This document shows, one piece after another, positions 49,397-61,714 of a stretch of DNA of 64,000 bases. Made by a program: the position numbers and the translations under genes. Below the pieces are notes generated by a model. That model saw only the letters and a program-made list of their open reading frames with translations. It searched no databases and was not told where the DNA came from. Origin of the DNA: Cetorhinus maximus (lineage: Eukaryota); NCBI RefSeq assembly GCF_964194155.1, contig NW_027597739.1, positions 1 to 64,000 of the forward strand. The letters run 5' to 3'. Numbering within the stretch: the stretch's first letter is position 1; the number at the start of each line of letters is the position of its first letter.

Positions 49397-51269
49397 TTCC
49401 TATAAGTACTGATTTGCCTGCTGGCTGCTTTTGTTCCAGCTATACAGTGTTTTCTTAGTGATATGAAAATAATGACTCCTTACGTCACTGGCGAAAGAAC
49501 AGTCATAAATATTTTATTTTATGGCTCCATATAAAATGGTCCCTTTCAGTATTTGAAAATCCAAATTTATAATTGGAATATGGAAATTCTGCTCAGAAAC
49601 AGATTTTCTGTGAGCACCTCTGGGGGTGGGGCAGGGGGAGGGGAGGGGTGGTGGTGATCCCTTGATTAAAGGCATTTAGTGCCTGATGGAGGAACTCGAC
49701 ATTGGGAAGGGAGGAGGACCCACTAAGAGGGCCCACTATTGTTTAATATTTGCCAAGTCAGGGGGAACAGCAGTGCTTCTCTGGCTCCACAGAAGTATTG
49801 CAGACCACCACTGACCTTGATCTGCACCCTTCCATTTTGTTTCTTCATCCTGCACAGGACCTTTATTCTATGGGCTAGCTGAGCATGGAATCAGCTCCAA
49901 TTCCTGAAGCTTCCAGCTGTACAAACTGTACTGGGATGTCCAATTTTCACCCACATCTTCTTGGTTTCCTGCAGAGACCTAAAGGCCAATTTTGATCAGG
50001 CAATGGGTCAATGTCTTTAGGTGGGTGCATGACTGAACGACTCATTCCCTCCTTATCCACCTTGGGTCAGGTTTGTTAGATGGGCAGGGCCATGATTCTC
50101 TGTAATTACTTTTGAGTCAGAGGATTACATAATAATGAATAGCCACATAAAAACCCTTGACAATGCATTCAAAGTCAGTCTTGCAAAGCATCTCTAATTT
50201 TCAACAATTCAAGATGATTAATATTGGTTTGTAGTTACTGTAAATGCCCTTTTTATACTGATACTGTTGTATTACTAGATTTAGCTTTATTTTATTACAG
50301 GTCTTGCAAATGCATTGGTCAACAAGCTTAATTTCCTGTTATCACAAGTTCTTGTCATGCTTTTACATTCACACTTAACATTGAAATTCCACATGTAAAT
50401 GGTTATACTTCAATTTCCTCATGTAAGTATTTCTGTAATTTTGTATGATGAACAAATTAAATCACTAAAATTGGATTTTCCAGTTTTCCAGTGGGTTTTC
50501 TGTCCACCTTTTTAATCACTAACTGGAACTGATGGGGGCATATTCGGGTGACCAGCAGGCGAGTGGGACAGCCACCTCATCCCCTTTGGGTGAGAAGCCC
50601 AGTCCAGTGAGGGCTGAGCCTCATTAAGGTGTCACTGGTGAGCTGCATGCCCTAAACAGCCTGCTCACTGGCTCTGGGCCGTTGCATGCTCAGGCAGTCA
50701 GGGGGCACCCTAAAAACTATTTTACCTCATACATTCTCGCACCTTTTCTATAGTGCTTCCAGAGTTAACTGAGAGGAGGTGAAAACTTTGCCCAGTCAGC
50801 TATTAAAATTGCATCAGGTTCCTACATCCATCATAAGATCTCAATTTCTGTAGCTTTATGCAGTTCTTATCTGATTCAGGAAGTAGTCTCAGCCACCCAA
50901 TGGATATCATCCCCCAAAAGATGACAGTGGAGCAGTAGCGATTTAGGAAGTCCACTACCTTCATTTTACCTCCACCACTGCCTGGTTTTCGCTAAGCGGG
51001 GAGATTTCAAACTTCCCTGAAGGGGTGGTGGAAGCAGGTTCAATTGAGGTATTAAAAAGGGAATTGGACTGCTACCTGAAAAGAAATAATGTGCAAGGTT
51101 ACGGGGATAAGGCAGGGGAGCGGGACAAGGTGAAATGCTCTTTCAGAGAGCCAGTGCAGACTCAATGGGCTGAATGGCCTCCTTCTGCATTGTAAAGGAT
51201 CTGTGAATAATCTCTAAGGTTTTCAAACCAGTTATTTTAAAAATTACACATTTCACAATAGCATGTATA

Positions 51270-51961
51270 AGGCAGAATTTTCCCGTCTGCGATTTGGGGG
51301 CGGGGCCCGCTCACCGATGGGTAAGTGATTCGGGATGAAGTCGGGAGGAACCTCCGACGTCATCCAGGTCCATTTAAATATTGAGGAAGATGAAATCAGC
51401 TGTCCGCCCGCCGACCTGTCAATGGCCAATTAAGGCCATTGTCAGGATAATTAAGCTTGTTAAATTCCCTGCCCGTCCAACCTTAAGGCTGGCGGGCAGG
51501 CCAGGAGCCCCAGCGGGCTTCTGATAATACATGAAACCTCATCCACTGGCGGGATGAGGTTTCATGTCCGTTTTTAAAAACTTTAATAAAGTTTATATGC
51601 TTCTTATTAACATGTCCCATCTTGTGTGACATTGTCACATGAGGGGGACATGTTAATAATTTTTATATTTTTATATTTTTCAAGTTTTTTACACTGTCAG
51701 TAATCTCCCTGAGACAGCACTTAGTCTCAGGGAGATGTGCACTCTTTCGTGCGCATGCGTGAAAGAGTGCACTTTGACAGATGGGGAATCCCTCCCCACC
51801 CCCACACAGGAAGCGCTATGCACTTCCTGTCGGGCAGGCCGCTGGGTGGGCCTTCGTTGTCCCGCCCACTCAAAATGGCAGCAGGCCCCTTTTCGGCGGC
51901 GGGGGTCAGCTGTCCGCCTGCCGGTGGGCCCCGCCCGCCCATCAAGGGAAAAATTTTGGCC
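51270..51961. mobile_element. Harbinger-type MITE, same family as 48562-49271
   Basis: Termini GGCAGAATTTTCC...GGAAAAATTTTGGCC and collinear with 48562-49271. Confidence 0.9.
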
Positions 51962-51964
51962 TAT

Positions 51965-52437
51965 GAAACAGAAACGTGCAGTGAAAGCTCCCTGAAGGCA
52001 CAGAGCTGCCTCAGGGAGCTGAAGAATTTTACAATCAAAAATAAAGATTTTAGAAATAAAAAACATGTCCCTACTCAGTCACATGAACATTAAAAATGAT
52101 GTTCTGAAATTTTTATTTTTAAAAAATTACTGTTGGAAACCTCACCCCGCCCGAGGATGAGGTTTCCTAAAAAATCCAAAGGCTGCTTGGCTGATTCACC
52201 TGCTCGCCTGTAAGGTTGGACAGGCAGCGAAAAAATACTGCTTAATTATTTGATTAATGGGTTTAATAGCCCTCTTAATTGTCAGCGGGCTTGCTGCCGA
52301 TTCTCGCTTGAGCCCGCTGACCGAAACATTGCGCAAGTGTGCAATGACGTTGGGATGCTCGCCCGACGTCATCACACACTATTTTATACCCGATCGGGTC
52401 GGGCACGTGCCTACCCAACGAATGTGAAATCCTGCCC
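51965..52437. mobile_element. Partial related MITE in opposite orientation
   Basis: Same hairpins in reverse order, ends GAAATCCTGCCC, and is similar to 18988-19569. Confidence 0.75.
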
Positions 52438-52798
52438 TATATGTTCGGTTTGTAATATTTTCCAGCCTGCTATTTTAGCAGAGGCATTAACCATTTAAAA
52501 TAGGAGGATTAACTTTACATAGGTTACATAGGATATACAGCACAGAAACAAGACATTCAGATCAACCAGTCCATGCCAGAGATTATGCTCCACTTGAGCC
52601 TCCTCCCATCTTTTCTCATCTAAATCTACCATCATAACTATCTGTTCCTTTCTCCCCCAAATGCTTGTCTAGCTTCCTCTTAAATACATATACACTATTT
52701 CCATCAACCACTCCCAGCGATAGCGAGTTCCACATTCTCACCAGTCTTTGGGTGAAGAAGTTTCTTCTGAATTCCCTATTGGATTTTTTGGTGACTAT

Positions 52799-53855
52799 TG
52801 TGATGATATATTTTTAAAACTTTTGGGGGGTTATGTTGGTATCCTGTGTGTCTATTTGTCTGTCTCCAGGGTTAATTAAACAATGGGGAGGTTACTGGAG
52901 ACATGTTGTCTGTGAGGGCTAAGAGATGAAAAGTTGAAGTAGTTAGGTTGATGCATTTGTAATGAGAGGTTATGGTGAGGTTGGGTTACAAGTAAATAGG
53001 TGGATTTGAAATTTGTATTGTGAGATAAGTGGGAAAATTTGATTTTCAGCTGTTGAATTTCTAAAGGGTTTTCAGAGGTGGCAAGGAACATTTGCATCTT
53101 ACAATGGTTTCATGAGTAAACCGGGAACGGTATATTAAATTTTATTGATCGGAAAGTAGAGACAAAATAGAAGACATGAAAGGTTTTTATATGTGGAAAA
53201 GTTGAGTTCAAAGAGGTGTTTGAGGACAATGGAACCTGAGATGAAAGAGGAAAAAAGACATTTAAGGAAGGATGTTTAACTGAGTTGTATGGTGGTTATG
53301 GAAGAAAAGCCCAGAAGACCAGCTCCTTGGTGTGTGAGCCATTAAAAAAGCTGCAAAAGTTTTGAATTGGAGGCAGCACCCAGTGTTAAGCAAGTAAAGT
53401 CTGTGTTTTAGGAAACAGTTTGCTTCTGAACATTTTTTTTTGGAATTCCACATCAGAATGGAAGTGTTTGAAAAGTCGTGAGGTGTGCCTTTTAATGTAA
53501 TGGCAATTCCTTGATTTGGGTAACATTACTGGATTTTTATGGTTAAAATCTATAAGGGGGTTGTTGCCAAGAAGGTAGATTAATTGTACTTTTGACTAAG
53601 CAGCTTTTTTGGTGGGTTGTTCTGCAAGACTATTTTAACTGTGTAACTTTATTCTTGTCTCCTTAAGTTTTTTTATTCTTTTTAATAAATCTTTCAAAGT
53701 TTAAAATTCTAAAGGTGTTACTGCAGTTCTTTGCTTTTGGGGTCAATAGCTTTTCCTCCTTGTTTTCACAATAAAAAGATGGTTTATGAGCAGTGAGACA
53801 GACTTCACTCTGGGGTCAAACTTGCTCAGCAATAACATCTGCTGTGATCGTAACA
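52799..53855. mobile_element. Solo LTR (1057 bp) with 4-bp target-site duplication
   Basis: Termini TGTGAT...GTAACA with CTAT at 52795-52798 and 53856-53859. AATAAA near the right end. The host CR1 resumes after it. Confidence 0.8.
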
Positions 53856-53917
53856 CTATCATATATTGATGGCATCCAGTTATGCTCTTCCCCACAAGAG
53901 CAAAAATTCTCTTACTG

Positions 53918-54897
53918 TACCTCTACTCTGTATCCCATCCCCCTGCCAAATTAGTTTAACAACCCCACCTCCCACCACAGCACTAGCAAACCTTCCCGCA
54001 AGGATGTTGGTCCCGTTCCGGTTCAGGTGCAACCCGTCCAACTTGTACAAGCCTCACCTTTGCCAGAAAAAGACCCAGTGATCGAGGAAACTAAAGCCCT
54101 ACCCCCTGCACCATCTCTTCAGCCACGCATTCATCCTCCCTATCTTTCTATTCCTACACTCACTAGCACGTGGCACAGGGAGTAATCCAGAGATTACAAT
54201 CTTTGAGGTCCTGCTTTTAATCTGCTACCTAGCTCCCTAAAATTTTGTTGCAGGACCTCATCCCTCTTTCTCCCTATGTCGTTGGTACTGATGTGAACCA
54301 CGACCCCTGACTGTTCCCCCCCCTACCTGTCCTGCAGCCTTTCTGTGACATCCTTGACCCTGGCACCAGGGAGGCAATACACCATCCTGGAGCCACGTCT
54401 ACAGCCACAGAAGTGCCTGCCTGCACCCCTCACTATTGAGTCTCCTACCACTATTGCTCTTGCACTCTTATTCCTCCTCATTTGTGCAGCTGAGCCACCC
54501 ACAGTGCTGTGAACTTGGCTCTGGCTGCACTCTCCAGAGGAACCTTCATCCTCACCGTTTTCCAATACAGAAAAGTGGTTCTTGACTGAGATGCACTCTG
54601 GGGCTTTCCTGACTACCTGCTTGCCTCCCTTCTTCTGACTGGTGGTCACCCGTTCCCTCTCTGACTGCACTTCCTTAAGCTACAGAGTGACCACATCTAA
54701 AAACTACCGATGTAACCCTCAGCCTCACGGATGCACCGCTGCGTCTCCAGCTGATGCTCAAGCTCCGAAACCCATTGCTCAAGTTGGTCAAGCCAGTGGC
54801 ACTTCCTGCACATGTGGTCACCCAGACTGCAAGGAGTATCTAAGAACTCCCACATGCTGCAGGGCGTACAACACATGGGACTGAGTTCCCTTGTCAT
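53918..54897 (-). pseudogene. CR1 LINE ORF1 (zinc finger/leucine zipper plus SGNH esterase-like domain)
   Basis: CTPCSMWE...CRKC...LEQWVSELEHQLE, then IVVGDSIVRG...CLPGARVKDV. Confidence 0.8.
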
Positions 54898-55469
54898 ACT
54901 TTATGCCTGTTTTTAATAAAAATACTATTTCCTTAAATTTAAGACAAGTAGAAAACTATTTAGTTTTTCTTAAAAGAAAACAAACGCTGAGACTCTTACC
55001 TTTTGTAATGTTGTTTTAAACTGGGGGAACAAAACTTACCCACTACCTACCAATCAGCTCTCTCCCTTGTCCTGACGTAACTCCTTTTGAATTCCAGTGT
55101 TGCCGAGTGTCTGGGTGAGAACTGGCTCTTTCACAGGTAAACTCCGCTCCACTCTTTATATGGCTGCTCCGTTCCCTCACAGGTAAACTCCTCCTTACAA
55201 GGTCCTCCTCTCGCACTCTCCTTTAGGTGCTGCTGACTTTTTTTTTTGTAAAAATATACTTTATTCATAAAATATCTTCAATCACATTCAAAACCATTTC
55301 AAAAACAACATTACAAGGGTACAATCCAGGTTAAACTTTTACAAAATGTATCACCAGGTGCATCAGTACAAACAATATTACAATCATTTACAGCCTTTCA
55401 TTTTGATCTGTACAGCCCGAGGGGCTCTAAACAGTTCCCAGTCTCTCGGTGCGCAGTGGTAGAAAGGTC

Positions 55470-56998
55470 TTAGACAGCGACCCTTCCCCATTGCGCCTTT
55501 GCGGCAGCTGCCCCAAGCTTTAGTGCGTCCCTCAGCACGTAGTCCTGGACTTTGGATTGTGCCAGTCCGCAACAATCGGTCGGGGACAACTCTTTGTGCT
55601 GGAAGACCAACAAGTTTCGGGCAGACCAAAGCGCGTCTTTCACCGAGTTGATGATCCTCCAGCTGCAGTTGATGTTTGTCTCGGTGTGTGTCCCTGGGAA
55701 CAGCCCGTAGAGCACAGAGTCCTGTGTCACAGAACTGCTCGGGATGAACCTCGACAGCAACCACTGCATCTCTCTCCAGACTTTCTTTGCAAAGGCACAA
55801 TCCACAAGGAGGTGAACAACGGTCTCTTCCCCACCACAGCCACCTCGAGGGCAACGTGCAGAGGGGGTGAGCCTCCTGGCGTGTAGGAAGGATCTGACGG
55901 GGAGGGCCTTTCTCACCACCAGCCAAGCTACATCTTGGTGCTTGTTGGAAAGTTCTGGCGATGAGGCATTCTGCCAAATGACTTTGACAGTCTGCTCGGG
56001 GAACCATCCCACAGGGTCCACCCTCTCCTTTTCCCTCAGGGCCTCTAGGACGTTACGTGTTGACCACTGCCTGATGGACTTGTGGTCAAAGGTGTTTTTC
56101 TGCATAAATTTTTCCACCAGGGACAGGTGGTACGGCACGGTCCAACTACTTGGAGCGTTCCGCGGCAGCGTGGCCAGACCCATCCTTCGCAACACCGGGG
56201 ACAGGTAGAACCTCAGCACGTAGTGACACTTGGTGTTTGCGTACTGAGGGTCTACGCACCGCTTGATGCAGCCACACACAAAGGTGGCCATCAGTATGAG
56301 GGCGATGTTGGGCACGTTTTTTCCCCCTTTATCTAGAGGCTTGTACATCGCGTCCCTGCGGACACGATCCATTTTCGACCTCCAGATAAAGCGGAAGATG
56401 GCTCGAGTGATCGCCATCGCGCAGGAGTCTGGAATGGGCCAGACCTGCGCCACGTACAGCAACAGCGAGAGTACCTCACACCTGATGACCAGGTTCTTAC
56501 CCGCAATGGAGAGGGAGCGTCGCTCCCACATGCCCAGTTTCCTTTTCACCATAGCCACTCGCTCCTTCCAGTTTCTAACGCATGCCCCGGTCCCTCCGAA
56601 CCATATCCCCAGCACCTTCAGGCCATCAGCCCTGACAGTGAAGGGGACAAAGGATCGGTCAGCCCAGTTCCCAAAGAACATGGCCTCGCTCTTCCCATGA
56701 TTTACCTTGGCTCCCGAGGCCAGTTCGAACTGGTCGCAGATGTGCATCAGTCTGCGCACCGACAGCGGATCCGAGCAGAAGACGGCGACGTCGTCCATGT
56801 ACAGGGAGGCTTTTACCTGAGTGCCTCCACTGCCTGGGATCGTCACTCCTCTTATGCCCGGATCCTTCCTGATGGACTCGGCAAAGGGTTCTATGCAGCA
56901 CACGAAAAGGACAGGCGAGAGAGGACAGCCCTGCCTGACTCCAGATTTAATCGGAAAGCTATCTGTTTCCCACCCATTGATTGAGACTGCGCTACTGA
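55470..56998 (-). CDS. Uninterrupted C-terminal part of Tx1/L1 ORF2 (RT plus C-terminal Cys/His zinc-binding motif)
   Basis: SGVRQGCPLSP, YMDD and C-terminal CPRGGCGGEETVVHLLVDC. The frame is open for more than 477 codons. It is 5'-truncated, so not a complete gene. Confidence 0.85.
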
Positions 56999-57772
56999 TT
57001 TTTTTTTTTTTTTTTGTAAAAATATACTTTATTCATAAAAAATCTTCAATCACATTCAAAACCATTTCAAAAACAACATTACAAGGGTACAATCCAGGTT
57101 AAACTTTTACAAAATGTATCACCAGGTGCATCAGTACAAACAATATTACAATCATTTACAGCCTTTCATTTTGATCTGTACAGCCCGAGGGGCTCCAAAC
57201 AGTTCCCAGTCTCTCGGTGCGCTGTGGTAGAAAGGTCTTAGACAGCGACCCTTCCCCATTGCGCCTTTGCGGCAGCTGCCCCAAGCTTTAGTGCGTCCCT
57301 CAGCACGTAGTCCTGGACTTTGGATTGTGCCAGTCCGCAACAATCGGTCGGGGACAACTCTTTGTGCTGGAAGACCAACAAGTTTCGGGCAGACCAAAGC
57401 GCGTCTTTCACCGAGTTGATGATCCTCCAGCTGCAGTCGATGTTTGTCTCGGTGTGTGTCCCTGGGAACAGCCCGTAGAGCACAGAGTCCTGTGTCACAG
57501 AACTGCTCGGGATGAACCTCGACAGCAACCACTGCATCTCTCTCCAGACTTTCTTTGCAAAGGCACAATCCACAAGGAGGTGAACAACGGTCTCTTCCCC
57601 ACCACAGCCACCTCGAGGGCAACGTGCAGAGGGGGTGAGACTCCTGGCGTGTAGGAAGGATCTGACGGGGAGGGCCTTTCTCACCACCAGCCAAGCTACG
57701 TCTTGGTGCTTGTTGGAAAGTTCTGGCGATGAGGCATTCTGCCAAATGACTTTGACAGTCTGCTCGGGGAAC
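56999..57772 (-). mobile_element. Second Tx1/L1 copy inserted inside the first
   Basis: Has its own poly(A), is nearly identical to 55238-56005, and is flanked by CTGCGCTACTGA (56987-56998 and 57773-57784). Confidence 0.9.
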
Positions 57773-57817
57773 CTGCGCTACTGATGTTAGTGTAGAGCAG
57801 TTGGATCCAATTTCGAA

Positions 57818-57963
57818 TTAGGTGCTGCTGACTGCCTGTCCCAAGGTCCTCCTCTCGCACGCTCCTCTAGGTGCTGCTGACTGCCTGGCTTGGGGTCGCC
57901 CTCTGGCACTCTCCTCTAGGTGCTACTGACTGCCTGTCCCAGCGTCCTCCTCTTGCACTCTCC
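57818..57963. repeat. 49-bp tandem repeat (about 3 units, plus a partial unit at about 55197-55237)
   Basis: Unit TAGGTGCTGCTGACTGCCTGTCCCAAGGTCCTCCTCTCGCACNCTCCTC starts at 57819, 57868 and 57917. Confidence 0.8.
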
Positions 57964-60484
57964 ACCCTCCACCCTCTCTTGTGCCTCCATATCCTTTTTA
58001 TAATATGGTGACCAGAACTTCCCGCAGTACTCTAAATGTGGCCCAACCAAGGTTCATTGCAGGTTTAAAATAATTTCCCTTCTTTTCAATTCTAGAAATA
58101 AAACCTAGTGCCTGTTTTTTAACCTATGGTATAATTTTTAGCGATTGATGTATTTGTACTCAGATCCCTTTGTTCCTCTACCCCACCCAGACTTGCACCT
58201 TCCAAGTGATAAGTGACCTCCTTATTCTTCCTACCAAAATGTGCCACCTCACATTTATCTGTGTTGACCTTCATGCGCCAATTATTTGCCCATTCTGCAA
58301 GTTTATTGATGCTGTCCTATAAGTTGTTGCAGCCCTCCTCAATACAGACTAACCACCCCCTCCCTGCAACCCAATTTGGTGTCATCCACAAATTTAGAAA
58401 ATGTGTTTTTGATTCCAAAGTTCAAATCGTTAATGTAAATTGTGAACGGCAGTGATCCCAGCACTGATCCCTGTGCAACACCACTTCCTACCTTCTGCCA
58501 TTACCCTTTACTCCCACTCTCTGCTTTCTGTCTTGAAGCCAACTAGCGATCCATTCTGTCACTTGTCGCCTGACTCCACATTCTCGGACCTTATTCAACA
58601 GTCTATTATGGGACACCTTATCAAAGGCCTTTTGAAAATCCAGATAAACCAGTATTACTTTACTACCATCTACACTCTGTTACTTCTTCAGAAAATTCAG
58701 TAAGGTTGGTCAAGCAAGATTTCCCCTTTTGAAATCCATGCTGTCTATTCATTATTATATTTTAAAATTTCTAGATGTTCGTCTGTTCTCTCCTTTAGTA
58801 GGGATATCATTATTTTTCCTACCATTGACATTAAACTGGCTGGTTTATAATTCCCTGGGCATGTTCTGTCTCCCTTCTCAAACGTGGGAATTACATTAGC
58901 TATCTGTCAGTTCTCTGGCACTACACCTTTTTCTAACGAATTATTAACTATGGGTAGTAATGACTGTGCTATCTCTTCCCTAGCTTATTTTAAAATACTT
59001 GGATGCTAAGCTCGCTCCAGCTTTCTGTAATAAAAACAGAAAATACAGTATATATTCAGCAAGTCTGACAGCATCTTTGGAGAGAGAAAAACAGAGTTAA
59101 CACCTTGGGTTGGTGACCTTTCTTCAGAACTGGAAAAGTTAGGGATATAACAGGTTTTAAGCAAGTACAGAGACAGGGGAGTGGGGAATATTGAAGTGGA
59201 AGGTCTGTGCTAGGGTGAAAGGCTGGAGAGATATTAGATGATGGTGCAAGGCAAAAAGAAATGGCATATGGAACAAGTAATCAAACAAAAGATGGATCTA
59301 GATAAGATGTAAATGAGAATAGCAAAACCTTCTGTAATCCCAGATAAATTCCTCCTACATGGTAAGGCAAAAAGCATTGAAGTATTAAAATGTCATGCAA
59401 CTGTGCTGCCTCAACACGAGTAAAATAAAGCATGTTTATTAAGAGAATGCAGTGAGTAAAGAAAATTAAAATTGATTTAGAAGCACTGTTCCCTAATGAG
59501 GTTGTGTGGTAGTTAAAGTATTTGAGTGCCTGAGTCCTGACTAGGCAATTAAAAGTTCATATTCCAAGAGTTTCTATTGCTCAGATTACTTGGTATAATT
59601 ATGTAATTTTTACAATTCTTCGATTAGATTGCTGGAACAGCACTATGTGGGAATAAGTCATTTCTACAATGAAGAATAAATGAATGTTGTCCATCTTGTT
59701 CTACTCATAATTTAATTCTTACTAGTCAACCATGGAACATCATTAGTAGTTACATTTATGAAGAAGTCTGAGGCCCAGACTATCCAATTAGTTGGAATAT
59801 CTTATTTGAGAGAGGGCTCAAGAATGATAATCAAACCCATTAACGCTGAAAATATAGATCCATAGATAACAATGGACAGAAACCATACTGACATTCTGTA
59901 AAAGGTTTGCAATAAATGCATTCCAAATGGCTTTGTAATTCAGCAACGTGATATAGAAACTCCCCTAGTCCTTTCTTTCACATGATGTTGTAACATTAAT
60001 AATGGATGACTTCAAGACTATTTTTTACCAGCTCTGTATGTTCAGCAGTGAAACTACATAATTTAACATGTGTAGGACACTGGAGATATAAATACTTCAT
60101 ATTGGATGGAAATAATAATGGTGTAAAATATTAACGATGCATTATTTCTGAGGTTCATTTTTTTATTAAGAATGGAAAAATGAATTTGGCATTCTTTCAT
60201 GATAGAACTTAAATATATGCTGCCAAATCTTAAAGCACTTCCTAAATGCAGGACTAAATATATAACACTGTCAGTGTCAATCTATCTTAAGAATTACAAT
60301 TGGTTCAATATTACAAGAATAATTAATGACATGAATTTCTGTTGAAAGTACACATTGATTTCTCCAGTACTTTAAATTTTTGATGTTGGCAGAATGTGTT
60401 AATTTGTGAATGGCTATTTCGGAAACTGAAATCCTGGCCTTAATTTTACTAAAAGCAACTTGGATGGAGTAGGAATACAGCACT

Positions 60485-60830
60485 TTTTTTTATTCATTCA
60501 CGGGATGTGGGCTTCACTGGCTAGGCCAGCATTTATTGCTCATCCCTAGTTGCCATTGAGAAGGTGGTGGAGAGCTGCCTTCTTGAACCGCTGCAGCCCA
60601 CGTGGTGTAAATACATCCACAGTGCTGTTAGGAAGGGAGTTCCAAGATTTTGACCCAGTGACAGTGAAGGAACGGTGATATTTTTCCAAGTCAGGATGGT
60701 GAGTGACTTGGAGGGGAATTTCCAGGTGATGGTGTTCCCATCTATCTGCTGTCTTAGTCCTTCTAGATGGTACTGGTTGTGGGCTTGGAAGGTGCTCTCT
60801 CAGGAGCCTTGGTGAATTCTTCCATATATA
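60485..60830 (-). mobile_element. CR1/L2-group LINE 3' end
   Basis: Translates SFTVTGSKSWNSLP...FKKAALHHLL and carries the family tail. Confidence 0.85.
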
Positions 60831-61714
60831 CACCGCACATGAAGAGATTCAAAGCACCATAATATGATTTTTTTTTTTGAAGTATGTGTTTCTTTTAGAA
60901 TATGAATACGTTTCTGTACACTAGGGTACCATGTATGGAAATAAAGCCCAGTAAAGAAAAATTAAGAGTTTAGAGAGTTCAGATCAACAGGTTGAGCTTG
61001 AAGTGTTCACATTATTTGCAGATTTTGATTCATTAACTTTCACTAATGTGCGTATTCTTCCATTCACATATGCTGCAAGAAGTCTGCATCTTGGAGGAAG
61101 TGTATAGATGTGTAGAGATTCTAGACTTAATGCCCAAGCATATTTACTGTCAGCTCATTTACACAATGAGTAAATAGAAGCTCCAGTGTATTTAAAAGCT
61201 GTTAGTAAATATTACAGTGGTACTATACACTCAAGGTACTTCTCTTGATTCCTTTGGATCAAATTCCAATTTGGTTTGAAATTCATTAGGGTATAGGAAT
61301 CCCGAGTTCCTTTTGGAGCACACTTCCTACAATGAAAAGTTTTCAAGCACTCTTAAACATTTTACTTCACCAGATACTTAGCTATCCTAGAATTGAGAAT
61401 TTTAGCTTAGCTGGAGAAGTTAAATTCTTAAAGTTTGAACATGGAGCAAAACTCTGGTTGCAGATTGTTAATATCTGTTTTGTGCTGTACTTTTCTCTAT
61501 TTCAATAATGTTATTAAATGCCCATTTTTATAAAATGTATTGAATATAGTGGCAGAACACTGTTTAAAAACAAGGGGTTGCCCATTTAAAATGGAGATGT
61601 GGCAAAATGTTTTCTCTGAGTGTCGTGAGTCTTTGGAACTCTCTTCCTGAAAAGGTGGTGGAAAGCAGAGTCTTTGAATATTTTGGGCAGGAATATAATA
61701 CTGCATAATACTGC

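Larger units (their letters stand above)
55238..57817 (-). mobile_element. Young 5'-truncated Tx1/L1-clade non-LTR retrotransposon (outer copy)
   Basis: Poly(A) tail and a 15-bp duplication TTAGGTGCTGCTGAC (55223-55237 and 57818-57832). RT motifs continue across the inner insertion. Confidence 0.9.
52520..59010 (-). mobile_element. Old CR1 LINE 3' region fragmented by nested insertions
   Basis: CR1 tail at about 52520-52798, resuming at 53860-53910 and about 57970-59010. Confidence 0.7.

Noticed and set aside
57818-57963. CRISPR-like repeat array
   Set aside because: The units are contiguous tandem repeats without unique spacers, in eukaryotic DNA with no cas genes.
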